A DNA stretch of 23,897 bases from the NCBI RefSeq assembly GCF_006345805.1, contig NW_021836559.1, positions 1 to 23,897 of the forward strand, read 5' to 3'. Shown one piece after another: positions 21,305-23,897 of the stretch. This stretch comes from Octopus sinensis. Taxonomy: Eukaryota. The position numbers were made by a program, and so were the translations under genes. Within the stretch, counting starts at the first letter, position 1. Each line of letters starts with the position of its first letter. Below the pieces are notes generated by a model. The model saw only the letters and a program-made list of their open reading frames with translations. It ran no database searches and was not told the DNA's origin.

Positions 21305-21664
21305 GTAGTTGTTTCAGTTATTTGACTGTGGCTATACTGGAGCACCGCCTTTAGTCGAACAAATCGACTCCAGGACTTATTCTTTGTAAGCCTAGTACTT
21401 ATCCTATCGGTCATTTTTGCCGAACCCCTAAGTTACGGGGACATAAACACACCAACATCGGTTATCAAACGATGATAGGAGGACAAACACAAACATACAC
21501 ATACAACGGGCTTCTTTCAGTTTCCGTCTACCAAATCCACTCACAAAGCTTTGGTCGACCCAAGGCTACAGTAGAAAACACTTGGCCAGGGTCCCACACT
21601 GCGGGACTGAACCCGGAAGAAGCAAGTGGTTGGTTACAAAGCGACTTACCACACAGCCATGCCT
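21305..21664 (-). mobile_element. Full-length tRNA-derived SINE family 1 (best copy in window)
   Basis: rc begins with A-box tggctgtgtgg and B-box ggttcagtccc, followed by the body and tail shared with the copies at 13290 and 16775. Confidence 0.9.
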
Positions 21665-21789
21665 GATATATAATATATATATATACATATGTGTGTGTAT
21701 ATACGCACACAGGAACACATACAAACAAATAACATAGACCATATATATATATGGATTAAAAAAATAATTTTGAGCGGTACTGCTGAAGA

Positions 21790-22125
21790 TGGTGTTGATG
21801 ATGGTGGTGCTGGTGATGGTGGTGGTGGTGGTGAGGATGGTGGTATTATATTTCCAGGGTACAGTGATGAGTGTGGGGGGTGTAGTGGGGTGGGGTGTGA
21901 ACATGTTGCACAGTTCTGCAATTTGAGGATGCAGTTAAAGAATGACTCAAAGCGTCCTAGCAACACAAGAGGTGTGGCTTGACCAAATTTTGGCACCAGG
22001 AGTGGCGGTGAGTGGTGGTGGCGGTGGGTGGTGGGTGGTGGTGTTTCTAATGTTGCTACTGTAGGAGGTGTTAGCGTTGTAGTGGGGGTGGTGGTACTGC
22101 TGGAGGTGGAAGTGGTGGTGGCAGT
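21790..22125. repeat. GGT/GAT-rich low-complexity tracts
   Basis: Direct inspection. Confidence 0.8.
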
Positions 22126-22199
22126 AGCAAAGTATTTTATACGTGTATTAGACTAGAAAGAAAACAACGAAAAAAATCAATACACACACAAAGTGCGCG

Positions 22200-22222
22200 T
22201 GTATGTGTTTGTGTGAGTGCTA

Positions 22223-22277
<55 letters not shown>

Positions 22278-22412
22278 TGTGTGTGTGTATATATATAAAA
22301 CTTTAAATTTTACATGTATTGTGTTTCACTATATGTTGGCCTATCATAAATCCGTCTACCTCCCTATATTACATACACACACACACACACACACACCACA
22401 CACACACACATA

Positions 22413-22456
<44 letters not shown>

Positions 22457-22457
22457 C

Positions 22458-22510
<53 letters not shown>

Positions 22511-22605
22511 TATATATATATATATATATGTCTGCATGTATGTATATATATATGTATGTATGCATGTATGTATGTATATATATGTATATACATATATATG
22601 CAAAA
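22200..22605. repeat. Compound (GT)/(CA)/(TA) microsatellites
   Basis: Direct inspection. Confidence 0.9.
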
Positions 22606-22934
22606 ATAATAAAGTATGTGGCACCGGGGGATGTCGAAGCAGAGTATATAATGGGACACGTTGTGGGTGTTGAGTTGCTGATTTTTTCAGGGTTTAGCAA
22701 CATAGCTTTCCAGATGACCCGACCGACTTAGATTAGGGTTCGATTTGTGCCCAAATGGCATTTTGTTGACCACATCGGTCACCCGATCAATGCAAGAGGC
22801 ATCGAGATGGCTTGTCCCTGCTTCTACCTTCTTCTTAGATCTTTTCCTTCTCACCCTTGTAATGTTCTGACTAGCAGTGACCTTAAACGAGGAGAAGTCC
22901 TGCAGCCTCTAGTCTGACCAACACCACTGGCATG

Positions 22935-23170
22935 AACATGATCTTCCATCTTGACAGGAGGAGATCCAGTTTTCTTTTTAAGACACTTACATCTACACCA
23001 TGCAAGTCTCTCAGGCATTTTGGAAAGCTATTGATGAGCTGTGAGCCCTTGAAACCCAAGCTGTTGCAGTATCTGGTCCTGTATTTTTATGGAGATGCTG
23101 GGATCTTGGGCACTATGCAGTGGCGCCCCGTTCTGCTTTTTGTGTAACTTTCAATGCCAAAGTTTGATTC
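22935..23170 (-). mobile_element. 3' fragment of a CR1-group (CR1/L2-like) LINE
   Basis: Minus strand reads FGIESYTKSRTGRHCIVPKIPASP*KYRTRYCNSLGFKGSQLINSFPKCLRDLHGVDVSVLKRKLDLLLS, matching the CR1-group C-terminal pattern 'SF..RG..LWN.LP..........FK..LD..L'. Confidence 0.75.
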
Positions 23171-23394
23171 GCGGCCTTTCGGGATTTTAATGGGTGCAAA
23201 AGCAGGAACACAATAAGTATCATATCAATCCTATAACATTTAATTCATTAAAGATATTAGCATATTAAATTAGTTTGCTTCATTTTTGATATTTTCAGTG
23301 TAGTTAATCATAAAAATACATTTATCATAACTACAATAATATTTTTATCGTAACGTGTTTTCTTTTTCCATAACTGTATACCTACTTTTGCCCT

Positions 23395-23550
23395 GTGTGT
23401 GTGTGTGCAGAGATGTATGTGTGTGTGTGAGTGACTGTGTGTGTGTGTGTGGTGAGTGACTGTGTGTGTGTGTGTGTGTGTGTATGAGTGACTGTGTGTG
23501 TGTGTGTGTGTGTGTGCAGAGACGTGTGTGTGTGTGTGTGTGATGTATGT
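23395..23550. repeat. (GT)n with repeated tgagtgac / gcagaga interruptions
   Basis: Direct inspection. Confidence 0.9.
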
Positions 23551-23789
23551 GCATAAATCTCGACTTGTATAATCGGACGATGGCTTAGCTGTTGATACCA
23601 CTCTTGTTTAAGAATAATAATTTGTACTCTACAAAAGTATTGAGTCAACCCATCATATGAATGTAAAATTGTTTTTAATTATAACTGAACATAAAACAAA
23701 CACATATATAATATATATATATATATAATATATACAATATATACATATATATATATATATATACATATATATATGCATATATATATACT

Positions 23790-23897
23790 TTGATACTTTG
23801 AAAGGTTTCGGCCATTATTGGCCCAGGCCATGTCTAACTTAATAGCACCACCTGGTGAAGTCTTCAAGTCAGAATTTGGGCACTATGGCCCACTCAA
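23790..23897 (-). mobile_element. Second, more decayed CR1-group LINE fragment (runs off the window)
   Basis: rc reads AIVPKF...GLGQ*WPKPFKV, parallel to CIVPKI...SLGFKGSQLINS at 22935-23170; shares ttgggcactatg. Confidence 0.4.

Noticed and set aside
22610-22930. Complex sequence next to the CR1-group fragment as coding DNA
   Set aside because: The frames I translated gave no recognisable motif and contained multiple stops; left unassigned.

Overview
Eukaryotic, microsatellite-saturated, TE-rich DNA. The SINE, mariner and LINE families resemble those I recall from octopus genomes, so a coleoid cephalopod is likely; this is inference, not a database match. I found no intact host protein-coding gene. 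Nearly all listed ORFs are translations of simple repeats, and the rest are decayed transposon fragments. These include an internally deleted mariner, RTE-, CR1-group- and R4-like LINE 3' pieces, over a dozen tRNA-derived SINE copies from at least three families, and two MITE-like elements. The most interesting signal is a set of minimal type I hammerhead ribozyme (HHR) motifs with palindromic stem III, typical of Penelope-like elements (PLEs), at ~7.1, 10.45, 13.9 and 20.45 kb. Three unrelated short elements (2.6-3.1, 13.7-14.0, 20.37-20.6 kb) share one architecture: an inverted partial copy, a spacer, a forward copy with a unique tail, then (TA)n. Two of these carry HHR cores on both strands; the third carries only a half-core. 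Ribozyme folds and alignments were read by eye and are untested.
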